Origin: Cyanophora paradoxa CCMP329
Lineage: Eukaryota; Plantae; Glaucophyta
Assembly (NCBI GenBank): GCA_004431415.1
Contig: QPMI01000145.1
Coordinates: 1-64,000 of the forward strand
Length of the DNA: 64,000 nucleotides
Direction of reading: 5' to 3'
Made by a program: the position numbers and the translations under genes. Every line of letters starts with the position of its first letter. The stretch's first letter is position 1. Shown piece after piece: positions 23,920 to 36,800 of this stretch. The notes under the pieces were generated by a model that was not told the DNA's origin, ran no database searches, and saw only the letters and a program-made list of their open reading frames with translations.

Positions 23920-24847
23920 GGCGCGGTCTCCGCGTGCTCGCGGCTGCACGCGGAGATGCTGTCTGTGCTGCTGTCCTTAGCGGGGTTGCTCTTGCAATTG
24001 CCTTGCTGTCCAGCGAACCGGCCGAAGCCCGCATCCGAGGCGTTGCAACACTCAGAACCGATCCCCTTGTCTACGCTGAAGCCCACAGAACTGTAGACGC
24101 GGCGGGCAGCGGAAAGTTGCTCCGAAAAAAAAGCGTCGTATTTTGTACCCCCCTCAAACCCAGCAAGGCAGCTTTCCTCTGAGCCCCAGAGCGGTGGACA
24201 GCTTCCTTAGCACCCAAACGCTAGCTGCGGGTCGACTGCGCCAAGCCGGCCTCGCGGCCGATCGGTTGCCCGTGGACGCATCGCGAAGCTCCCATCGCGC
24301 ACCCCAGCCTGCAGGGCGACGCTTTCGAGCTCAGATCGAACACATAGCTCCTTCCGTCACCTTAGATCAGACCGACAGCTGGCGCGACCATCGAGTTGCC
24401 GCTGCCGCACGGCCATCTAGGGGACCGGCAGCAGCGTGCGGGGTGCAGCCTTTGGGCTGTACTTCGTCCCTGAAGAGCCCCCGTGCTCCCCCAGCCACGG
24501 CCGGCACGCGACTGTGAACGCATGCGCCAGCTAGCTGGAGTTGGCGTCAGCTGGTGCTGAGAGCATGTTTGCCGCGTTCCTGTGCTTCGGTCAGCCGGCC
24601 TTCTTGCTTCCTAGCTCCGCCCGTCCTGCCGAGCTGCCGCTGACCGCACGAGCCGCAGGTGCCCAGCTTGCATTTGAAAGTCGCGGACAGCGCGGGGAGC
24701 GGAGGCGCCGCACTGCCCGCTATGCGTGCGGCAGCTGGTATGCGTGGCGTTCAACCAGCCTGGACGCCCGCTCACGCGCGCCCGCAGAGCGGGAGGCGCC
24801 GCGCGCCCCCTTGCCAGCGATAGCACTAGGCGTAGGCTTAGCTAGGA

Positions 24848-27800
24848 TGTCTCCGGCGGTGGAGGGTCCACCGCCGCAGTCAGCGCCGCAACAGCAGCCA
24901 TCAGCGAAACCGGAGAGGCGGCTCCCTGCTCGGTGGCGCCGGCTGCCGCGGCTGGGCGACCACGCCGCGGTCGCTGCCGCGTGCGTCCTCGTCTTTGTGG
25001 CGGCACTGGCGCCCGCGGCGCTCGCCCAGTGGGGCTGCTCGGGTGCGCGCTTATCTGCAGCGCCGGATTCTTGTCGCCCGCCTGGGACTGAGGCGCCGGC
25101 ACGCAGGTCGGGACTGCTACTGGCGGACGCTGTGCGGGGTGGCGACGGGCGGCACCGCGACGGGCTCATGCGCCTCCGTCACCTTCGCCAACAACCTCGT
25201 CGGTGCCCGGGCTTTGCTTTGTTCTCTCGACTCTGCTTCCCTAAGAACCTGGCTCCTCGCCCCGCAGCTGTCTCCTACAATCCCACGAGCAAGCTCGTGT
25301 ATGTCGCGGACGGGTACCAGAGCATCAAGGTCCTTACCGGCGTGGGCACCATGACGCCAGGTAACCCACGCACGCACTCGCTCGTGTGCCAAGAGCTGAC
25401 CTCAAGCGCGTTCCTCAGCGACCATTACGGTCACGGCCATGACGCTCGGCCCGGGTGTCAGCTTCACGAAAATCGAAGGCCTGGATCACTACAACACGTG
25501 GTTGACGGTTCTGGACACGGGCTTCGGGAACGGAGGCAAAGGCGGCGTCCTGCGCGTGCAGTACTCCGACGGGACGATCACGTACAAGCCGCCGGCCGCG
25601 AACGCGATCCAGAACATAAAGGTAACCGATTCTGCTCCTCGATGTCGAGCGCTCTTTTTAGTGCTGACGCTCGCGAACGCGCGCGCGTTCAGCCGGGGGT
25701 GGCTGTCGATTCGACAAGTGCGCTTGGAGCTTCCTGTGTCTGCCCGAGCACGTGATCGAAAGTCTGACACCCCACCCGCAGCGGGCGATGCCTACTTTGG
25801 GGACATTACAGGCAGAATCTACAAGGCCGGTCTGAATAACAACAACCCTTCTATTGTCAGCCAAGGCGATCTCAGCAACGGCGGAACACTCGGCAACTCC
25901 ATTCTTGCCCACGCAGTCCATCAAACACTCGTGCGTGTATATTTAATTTGATAGTGAGGAAGTTATTGTGGTAATCATGTCGCGCAGAGACGACTGTACA
26001 CATTCGAAAACGCGAACAAGAACGCGTACTACCTCAACTTGACAGCTGCAGGTACCAAGCACACTTTTTTGCGAGTGACTGCTGCCTCCTTACTGGTCCC
26101 GTCAGCTCTCATATCGTACACGGGCGTTTTCGGCGCGACCGACGTTGCTACTCTCACTGCCGACAACAGCGGGGCCGGCCTTGCAGTACACCAGACCACG
26201 TGAGTGCCTGAAGTTCATTTGTATAAATTCATCCTGACCGCTGTGTCTCGACTTTTTTATCAGCGGCCACCTATACCTGACTACTTTCAATGCGGGGACT
26301 CTGACAGCGAAACTGTACTACATCAACGTGCGTTCAACCTTTCTACAGCTTCATTTCCGCTCTGCTGCCGCCGCTAATTTCCGCTCTTCAAACTCGAAGA
26401 TGACCGCGCCCACGCCTGCCCTGGCTCTTATGCTGACAAGCCCCACGACTGGCGTGACGCCCGTCGATGGATCACGTGCGCTCGCTCCTTCTGCATCTGT
26501 GATCCGCAGTGATCGCGGCCGTCGCCCAGCACTTCGCCTAACGCCCCGCGCAGCGTTCTCGACGCCAGTCGCGACGATGACGCAGCCCACGGGCTTCGCG
26601 CCCTTCACCGCGTACCACTTGCTCGCCATCGAGAACAAGTTCGTGCGGGCGCTCGTGACGATACGGCCGCCGGTCCCCCCCGTGCTCACGACGTCGGGCG
26701 CCCCGTCGCCGACATCGACGGCCGGCTCCGTCCTCATCTCCGCGGGGACGGACCCGAACACGGAGTGGAACGTCTCGCCCTCTTCGTGGACCCTCTTCAT
26801 CAACACGACCATCCCCAGCGCGAACGTGACAGTCACGGCCTCGACGACCTCGTACACTTTCACGGACTTGAACAGCGGCACCGTCTACGAGGTGTACGCT
26901 TCCGCGGCGAACCTGGCGTACACCAGCTCGACGACCTTCAGCGCCGCCGTAACGTTTAAGACGCTCCCGGCGCCGCCCGCCGCGCCGACTGTCTCCGTCT
27001 CGTCTAAGAACTGGGAGACTATCAACCTGCTCATCATTCCGCCCTCAAACACGGGGGGGTCGACCATCAACGGCACCCGCATCTACAGGTGCACACGTGA
27101 CGGGCCGCCCTGCACGCGGATGCGTGTACATGTATTCCTTCCCCTGACGCCGCTCTCTGTCAGAAACGGGACGCTCATAACTACGCTCGGAGAAGGCATT
27201 TGGGCATACATGGACTCGGGAAGAACCCGATTGACGACGTACTCTTACACGGCGGTCCGTCTTCGCTATCTACGCTGCAGACGCGCCGATCGTTTGAGAG
27301 AAACTGACATCGTGGCAGGTCTGCTCCAACGATATGGGCTGGGGAACCATGAGTAGCGCACTCGCCGTGCAAACAACAGCAGCCCCTCCGGGACCACCAA
27401 CTCTGTCTGCCGGGACCGTAACCGCAACTTCGATCTTCCTCGTAATCGCGTACCCCGCCGACAATGGCGGAGCCGCGATCAACAGCACAATGATTAACCG
27501 TAACGGCACATTGGTTTCCACTCTTTCGTCGGGAGTGTTCAACTGGACGGACAGCACAGTCACGCGGGCGACATTGTACGCTTTTACGGCCAAAGTTTCG
27601 AATGCGATCTCCGAAAGCAACGCGAGTTCGGTGCTCTATGTCACGACTCCGCCCACGCCTCCCGCGACGCCGTCGGTGTCGGGCGCGGCGCTGAACGCGA
27701 CGGCGGTCTCGCTGACGATCACGGCGCCGGCGGACGATGGCGGGGCGGCGATCAACGGGACGCGGATCTTCCGGAACGGGACGCTGATTGCGACGCTGGC

Positions 27801-30800
27801 GGGGGCGGCGAGCTCGTATGTGGACGCGGCACTGACACGGGCGACCACGTACAGCTACACGGTACGAGCCCGGGCGTCAACTCTCTGCAGCATGACTGTT
27901 GCTCACGCCCTGTGCACAGGTGACGATGACGAACGCCATTGGGGAGAGCCCGCTCAGCGCGGCGGCCGTGGTGACAACGCCGCCGACGCCGCCGGGGAAG
28001 CCCAGTCTCGGGTCCGGGATGGTGACGGCGACGACGGTGGCGCTGACAGTGACGTATCCCGCGGACGACGGAGGGCGCGCAATCAACGGGACGCTCATCT
28101 TCCGGAACAGCTCGCTGGTGGCGACGTTGGCGGCGGGCGTATTGACCTGGACGGACAGCAACGCGACGCGCTTCACCGTGTACTCATATACCTGCGTGGT
28201 CACAAACAGCGAAGGCTGGAGCGTGCCGAGCGCGGCGCTGCTGGTGACGACGCCACAGACGCCGCCAGGGACGCCATCCGTGGCGGGCGCGGCGCTGAAC
28301 GCGACGGCGGCCTCGCTGACGATCACGGCGCCGGCGGACGATGGCGGGGCGGCGATCAACGGGACGCGGATCTTCCGGAACGGGACACTGATTGCGACGC
28401 TGGCGGGGGCGGCGAGCTCGTATGTGGACGCGGCGCTGACGCGGGCGACCACGTACAGCTACACGGTACGAGCCCGGGCGTCAACTCTCTGCGGCATAAC
28501 TGTTGCTCACGCCCTGTGCACAGGTGACGATGACCAACGCCATTGGCGAGAGCCCGCTCAGCGCGGCGGCCGTCGTGACAACGCCGCCGACGCCGCCGGG
28601 GAAGCCCAGTCTCGGGTCCGGGACGGTGACGGCGACGACGGTGGCGCTGAACGTGACGTATCCTGCGGACGACGGAGGGCGCGCAATCAACGGGACGCTC
28701 ATCTTCCGGAACAGCTCGTTGGTGGCGACGCTGGCGGCGGGCGTGTTGACATGGACGGACAGCAACGCGACGCGCTTCACCGTGTACTCATACACCTGCG
28801 TGGTCACGAACAGCGAAGGCTGGAGCGTGCCGAGCGCGGCGCTACTGGTGACGACGCCACAGACGCCGCCAGGGACGCCATCGGTGGCGGGCGCGGCGCT
28901 AAACGCGACGGCGGCCTCGCTGACGATCACGGCGCCGGCGGACGATGGCGGGGCGGCGATCAACGGGACGCGGATCTTCCGGAACGGGACACTGATTGCG
29001 ATGCTGGCGGGGGCGGCGAGCTCGTATGTGGACGCGGCGCTGACGCGGGCGACCACGTACAGCTACACGGTACGAGCCCGGGCGTTGAATCTCACCGGCA
29101 TGACTGTTGCCCACGCCCTGTGCACAGGTGACGATGACCAACGCCATTGGCGAGAGCCCGCTCAGCGCGGCGGCCGTGGTGACAACGCCGCCGACGCCGC
29201 CGGGGAAGCCCAGTCTCGGGTCCGGGACGGTGACGGCGACGACGGTGGCGCTGAACGTGACGTATCCTGCGGACGACGGAGGGCGCGCAATCAACGGGAC
29301 GCTCATCTTCCGGAACAGCTCGCTGGTGGCGACGCTGGCGGCGGGCGTGTTGACCTGGACGGACAGCAACGCGACGCGCTTCACCGTGTACTCGTACACC
29401 TGCGTGGTCACGAACAGCGAAGGCTGGAGCGTGCCGAGCGCGGCGCTACTGGTGACGACGCCACAGACGCCGCCAGGGACGCCATCCGTGGCGGGCGCGG
29501 CACTGAACGCGACGGCGGCCTTGCTGACGATCACGGCGCCGGCGGACGATGGCGGGGCGGCGATCAACGGGACGCGGATCTTCCGGAACGGGACACTGAT
29601 TGCGACGCTGGCGGGGGCGGCGAGCTCGTATGTGGACGCGGCGCTGACGCGGGCGACCACGTACAGCTACACGGTACGAGCCCGGGCGTCAACTCTCTGC
29701 GGCATGACTGTTGTTCACGCCCTGTGCACAGGTGACGATGACCAACGCCATTGGCGAGAGCCCGCTCAGCGCGGCGGCCGTCGTGACAACGCCGCCGACG
29801 CCGCCGGGGAAGCCCAGTCTCGGGTCCGGGACGGTGACGGCGACGACGGTGGCGCTGAACGTGACGTATCCTGCGGACGACGGAGGGCGCGCAATCAACG
29901 GGACGCTCATCTTCCGGAACAGCTCGCTGGTGGCGACGCTGGCGGCGGGCGTGTTGACCTGGACGGACAGCAACGCGACGCGCTTCACCGTGTACTCGTA
30001 CACCTGCGTGGTCACGAACAGCGAAGGCTGGAGCGTGCCGAGCGCAGCGCTGCTGGTGATGACATTACAGACGCCACCAGGGACGCCATCGGTGGCGGGC
30101 GCGGTGCTGAACGCGACGGCGGCCTCGCTGACGATCACGGCGCCGGCGGACGATGGCGGGGCGGCGATCAACGGGACGCGGATCTTCCGGAACGGGACAC
30201 TGATTGCGACGCTGGCGGGGGCGGCGAGCTCGTATGTGGACGCGGCGCTGACGCGGGCGACCACGTACAGCTACACGGTACGAGCCCGGGCGTCAACTCT
30301 CTGCAGCATGACTGTTGCTCACGCCCTGTGCACAGGTGACGATGACGAACGCCATTGGGGAGAGCCCGCTCAGCGCGGCGGCCGTGGTGACAACGCCGCC
30401 GACGCCGCCGGGGAAGCCCAGTCTCGGGTCCGGGACGGTGACGGCGACGACGGTGGCGCTGAACGTGACGTATCCCGCGGACGACGGAGGGCGCGCAATC
30501 AACGGGACGCTCATCTTCCGGAACAGCTCGCTGGTGGCGACGCTGGCGGCGGGCGTGTTGACCTGGACGGACAGCAACGCGACGCGCTTCACCGTGTACT
30601 CGTACACCTGCGTGGTCACGAACAGCGAAGGCTGGAGCGTGGCGAGCGCGGCGCTGCTGGTGACGACGCCACAGACGCCGCCAGGGACGCCATCCGTGGC
30701 GGGCGCGGCGCTGAACGCGACGGCGGTCTCGCTGACGATCACGGCGCCGGCGGACGATGGTGGGGCGGCGATCAACGGGACGCGGATCTTCCGGAACGGG

Positions 30801-33800
30801 ACGCTGATTGCGACGCTGGCGGGGGCGGCGAGCTCGTATGTGGACGCGGCGCTGACGCGGGCGACCACGTACAGCTACACGGTACGAGCCCGGGCGTCAA
30901 CTCTCTGCAGCATGACTGTTGCTCACGCCCTGTGCATAGGTGACGATGACAAACGCCATTGGGGAGAGCCCGCTCAGCGCGGCGGCCGTCGTGACAACGC
31001 CGCCGACGCCGCCGGGGAAGTCCAGTCTCGGGTCCGGGACGGTGACGGCGACGACGGTAGCGCTGAACGTGACGTATCCCGCGGACGACGGAGGGCGCGC
31101 AATCAACGGGACGCTCATCTTCCGGAACAGCTCGCTGGTGGCGACGTTGGCGGCGGGCGTATTGACCTGGACGGACAGCAACGCGACGCGCTTCACCGTG
31201 TACTCATATACCTGCGTGGTCACGAACAGCGAAGGCTGGAGCGTGCCGAGCGCAGCGCTGCTGGTGACGACATTACAGACGCCACCAGGGACGCCGTCGG
31301 TGGCGGGCGCGGCGCTGAACGCGACGGCGGCCTCGCTGACGATCACGGCGCCGGCGGACGATGGCGGGGCGGCGATCAACGGGACGCGGATCTTCCGGAA
31401 CGGGACGCTGATTGCGACGCTGGCGGGGGCGGCGAGCTCGTATGTGGACGCGGCGCTGACGCGGGCGACCACGTACAGCTACACGGTACGAGCCCGGGCG
31501 TCAACTCTCTGCAGCATGACTGTTGCTCACGCCCTGTGCACAGGTGACGATGACGAACGCCATTGGGGAGAGCCCGCTCAGCGCGGCGGCCGTGGTGACA
31601 ACGCCGCCGACGCCGCCGGGGAAGCCCAGTCTCGGGTCCGGGATGGTGACGGCGACGACGGTGGCGCTGAACGTGACGTATCCCGCGGACGACGGAGGGC
31701 GCGCAATCAACGGGACGCTCATCTTCCGGAACAGCTCGCTGGTGGCGACGCTGGCGGCGGGCGTGTTGACCTGGACGGACAGCAACGCGACGCGCTTCAC
31801 CGTGTACTCATACACTTGCGTGGTCACGAACAGCGAAGGCTGGAGCGTGCCGAGCGCAGCGCTGCTGGTGACGACGCCACAGACGCCGCCAGGGACGCCA
31901 TCCGTGGCGGGCGCGGCGCTGAACGCGACGGCGGTCTCGCTGACAATCACGGCGCCGGCGGACGATGGCGGGGCGGCGATCAACGGGACGCGGATCTTCC
32001 GGAACGGGACACTGATTGCGACGCTGGCGGGGGCGGCGAGCTCGTATGTGGACGCGGCGCTGACGCGGGCGACCACGTACAGCTACACGGTACGAGCCCG
32101 GGCGTCAACTCTCTGCGGCATGACTGTTGCTCACGCCCTGTGCACAGGTGACGATGACGAACGCTATTGGGGAGAGCCCGCTCAGCGCGGCAGCCGTGGT
32201 GACAACGCCGCCGACGCCGCCGGGGAAGCCCAGTCTCGGGTCCGGGACGGTGACGGCGACGACGGTGGCGCTGAACGTGACGTATCCTGCGGACGACGGA
32301 GGGCGCGCAATCAACGGGACGCTCATCTTCCGGAACAGCTCGCTGGTGGCGACGCTGGCGGCGGGCGTGTTGACCTGGACGGACAGCAACGCGACGCGCT
32401 TCACCGTGTACTCGTACACCTGCGTGGTCACGAACAGCGAAGGCTGGAGCGTGCCGAGCGCGGCTGTGGTGGTGACGACGCCGCAGACGCCGCCAGGGAC
32501 GCCATCGGTGGCCGGCGCGGCGCTGAACGCGACGGCGGTCTCGCTGACGATCACGGCGCCGTCGGACGATGGCGGGACGGCGATCAACGGGACGCGGATC
32601 TTCCGGAACGGGACACTGATTGCGACGCTGGCGGGGGCGGCGAGCTCGTATGTGGACGCGGCGCTGACGCGGGCGACCACGTACAGCTACACGGTACGAG
32701 CCCGGGCGTCAACTCTCTGCGGCATGACTGTTGCTCACGCCCTGTGCATAGGTGACGATGACGAACGCCATTGGCGAGAGCCCGCTCAGCGCGGCAGCCG
32801 CGGTGACAACGCCGCCGACGCCGCCGGGGAAGCCCAGTCTCGGGTCCGGGATGGTGACGGCGACGACGGTAGCGCTGAACGTGACGTATCCTGCGGACGA
32901 CGGAGGGCGCGCAATCAACGGGACGCTCATCTTCCGGAACAGCTCGCTGGTGGCGACGCTGGCGGCGGGCGTGTTGACCTGGACGGACAGCAACGCGACG
33001 CGCTTCACCGTGTACTCATACACCTGCGTGGTCACGAACAGCAAGGGCTGGAGCGTGCCGAGCGTGGCTGTGGTGGTGACGACGCCGCAAACGCCTCCCG
33101 TGACGCCATCGGTGGCGGGCGCGGCGCTGAACGCGACGGCGGCCTCGCTGACGATCACGGCGCCGGCGGACGATGGCGGGGCGGCGATCAACGGGACGCG
33201 GATCTTCCGGAACGGGACACTGATTGCGACGCTGGCGGGGGCGGCGAGCTCGTATGTGGACGCGGCGCTGACGCGGGCGACCACGTACAGCTACACGGTA
33301 CGAGCCCGGGCGTTGAATCTCTCCGGCATGACTGTTGCTCACGCCCTGTGCACAGGTGACGATGACGAACGCCATTGGGGAGAGCCCGCTCAGCGCGGCG
33401 GCCGTGGTGACAACGCCGCCGACGCCGCCGGGGAAGCCCAGTCTCGGGTCCGGGATGGTGACGGCGACGACGGTAGCGCTGAACGTGACGTATCCCGCGG
33501 ACGACGGAGGGCGCGCAATCAACGGGACGCTCATCTTCCGGAACAGCTCGCTGGTGGCGACGCTGACGGCGGGCGTGTTGACCTGGACGGACAGCAACGC
33601 GACGCGCTTCACCGTGTACTCGTACACCTGCGTGGTCACGAACAGCGAAGGCTGGAGCGTGCCGAGCGCAGCGCTGCTGGTGACGACATTACAGACGCCA
33701 CCAGGGACGCCGTCGGTGGCGGGCGCGGCGCTGAACGCGACGGCGGCCTCGCTGACGATCACGGCGCCGGCGGACGATGGCGGGGCGGCGATCAACGGGA

Positions 33801-36800
33801 CGCGGATCTTCCGGAACGGGACGCTGATTGCGACGCTGGCGGGGGCGGCGAGCTCGTATGTGGACGCGGCGCTGACGCGGGCGACCACGTACAGCTATGT
33901 GGTGAAATTTGTGTCTCTTCGGTTTTACGTCACAGGGCTGATTTGGCTGTCTGACAGGTTTCTGTTACGAACGCGATTGGAGAGAGCCAGAACAGTGTAC
34001 TCCGCATCGTGGCAACCCCCGCTACACCTCCTGGTGCTCCCAACATGACGTCAGTCGTCATCGATGCCCGCTGGGCCGTCATTGCGATTTCGCAACATTC
34101 TGATGATGGTGGTGCTACGGTCACGGCACTGCGCATCTACAAGAACGGGACGCTGGCGATGACGCTCAATCCGGGCGCGACGTCATTTACTGCGACGGGG
34201 CTGCGCCGAAAGACGTATTACTCGTTCATCGCGACGGCTGTCAACAGCGCTGGGGCCAGTTTGCATAGCGCCGCGGTTACGTTCACCACGCTCGTGAACG
34301 CGGAGCCCGAGGCCCCCGCCGTCGCCGCCACGACTGTCAATTCGTCGGCTCTGGCGCTCGCGATATCGTTCCCCGGCGATGACGGAGGCGCTGCTTTGAA
34401 CTCGACGTACATATACCGGAACGGAACGCTGATCGCCCTGCTCTCGAACTTCACGGCCAACTTCACCGACGTCGGGCTGACGCGGGCGACGCTGTACAGC
34501 TACACCGTCGGCACGTCCAACGTCTTCGGCGTGTCGCCCCTGAGCGAGGTGGCCTACGCCACCACGCTGCCGACGCCGCCGGGGGCGCCGGCCCTCTCCT
34601 TCGCGTCCAGCACGCCGACGTCGGCAACGCTGTCGATCACCCGCCCCGTCGACGACGGCGGGCGGAACATCGTCGTGACGCAAGTCTTCCGGAACGGCAC
34701 GCTGGTGGCCACGCTCGCGGGCACCCCCTCGTTGTGGACGGACACGGCGCTGCGGCGTGCGACGACGTACTCCTTCACTTGCGTCATGATCAACTCGGTC
34801 GGGCCCTCGACGGCGAGCGCGCCTCTGCTGGTTACGACCCCGCCGACGCCGCCCTCCGCCCCGTTCGTCTCCGGCGCGCCTCTGAACGCGACGGCCGCGT
34901 CTCTGGCAGTGTCCGCTCCCGCCGACGATGGCGGGGCGGCGATCAACCGCACCTTGCTTTTCCGGAACGGGACCCTGGTCGCGACGATCTCCGGGTCGGC
35001 CGGGAACTGGACGGACACGAGCCTCTACCGCGCGACCTACTACGCGTACTGGGCGGCCGCCGTCAATCACATCGGGCAGGGCGACAACAGCACGGCCGTC
35101 GTCTTCGAGACGCCGCCGACCGTGCCCCACCCGCCGTCGCTGTCGCTGACCGCCATCCGCGCGCGGGCGGTGACCCTGAGAATAACGTACCCCGCGGACG
35201 ACGGCGGGCGCCCGATCACGGCGACGTACGTGTACAGGAACGGAACGCTGGTGAAGACGCTAGCGGCGGGCGTGCTGGCCTGGACGGACTGGGGCGTGAA
35301 CCGCACCTCGGACTACGTCTACACGGCGCAGGTCGAGACCGTCGTGGGCCGCAGCGAGGCCAGCGACGCGCTCCTCGTGTGGACGCCCTACGACATCCCG
35401 AGCCCGCCGACCCTCACGGGCACGATCCTCAGCGCCACGTCGGCGTCGCTCAGCTTCGTGACGGGAGACGACGGCGGACTGCCCCTCAACGGGACCAAGC
35501 TCTTCCGCAACGGCACCCTGATCGCTGTGCTCGGGCCCGCCGTCCGGACGTACCTCGACGCGAACCTGACCCGCGCGACGGGCTACGCGTGGCGCGTCCT
35601 GGCGTTCAACCCCGTCGGCGACGGCAACAGCAGCGAGCCGCTGGAGCTCGCGACGCCGCCGACGCGCCCGGGCGCCCCGCGGCTCCGCGCCACGTCCGTC
35701 CGCTCCTCCTCCGTCGTCATCAACGCGACGCACCCGGAGGACGACGGCGGGACGCCCGTCGTCGCGCTCTTCGTGCTGCGCGACGGCGTGCAGGTGGCCG
35801 AGCTGCGCGACGGCGCCAAAGGCTTCCTGGACCCCGCGTTCCGCGCCACGACGTACACGTACACCGCCTACGCGCTGAACGCGGTGGGCGAGGGCCCGCT
35901 GAGCGACCCGCTCGTCGTGACGACGCCCAAGACGCCGCCGTCGGCTCCGGCGCTCTCCGCCGTCGCGCTGAACTGGTCGGCCGTCGCCCTCACCATCGGA
36001 CCCCCCGAGGACGACGGCGGCGCCGCCCTCGCCGAGCTCCGCATCGTCCGCAACGCGGCGCCGCTGGCGACGCTGCCGCCCTCCACCGCCGAGTACACCG
36101 ACACCGCCTTCGAATTCACCGAGGTGCGCTACTAATAGTGACTCTGGTGTCGATGAAAATTATAGACGTTAATGCGAAGTTCCGTCTGCCTTAAGCTTCT
36201 CATGCCTGACCGGTTTCGTTTTTGCAGACGTTCGTGTTCACTTACGTGGCGGTCTTCTCGAACGAGGTCGGGACGGGCGAGCCGAGCAAGCCGGTCACGA
36301 TCCGGCCCCCGCTCAAGCCCCTCGTCTTCGACAGTGCGCGTCGCTCTCTTAGGGCGGCTCGCGTTATCGACCCGCGCACCTCACACGCAACTCCGCCCGC
36401 CCGCAGTGCCGCAGGATCTGCCGGGGTCCGCGGTCGGCCTGGCGGCGGGCCTCGCCGGCACGGGCACGAGCTCGCTCGTCGCCGCCGCGACGATGCTGCA
36501 GGCGATTGCGTCGGGCGTGGCCGGCGCCACCGGCGCCGGCATCGCCGGCGGCGGCGCCGGCATGGCCGGCACGGCGGGCGCCACGGGATGGCTCACGCTG
36601 GGGCACGTCCAGTGGGTCGCCCTAACCTCCAAGATGCACGAGCGCCTCATCCCTGTCTCCTACGGCAACTTCGCCCGCTCCATGACATGGCGCGTCGACC
36701 TTTTCGATGTCGAATAGCTAACATCGAATTATTTCGTTATCTCAACGCCGAATAGCTAACATCTAATATCTTTCGTTATGTAACGCCAGGTCGCTCGTCG

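Noticed and set aside
27665-33898. CRISPR-like or non-coding satellite reading of the 604-bp array, and its 191-aa antisense ORFs
   Set aside because: The units are coding FN3 exons plus a spliceosomal intron with no unique spacers. The antisense ORFs and the Arg/Gly-rich halves of the 410-aa ORFs are shadows of GC-rich codon usage.
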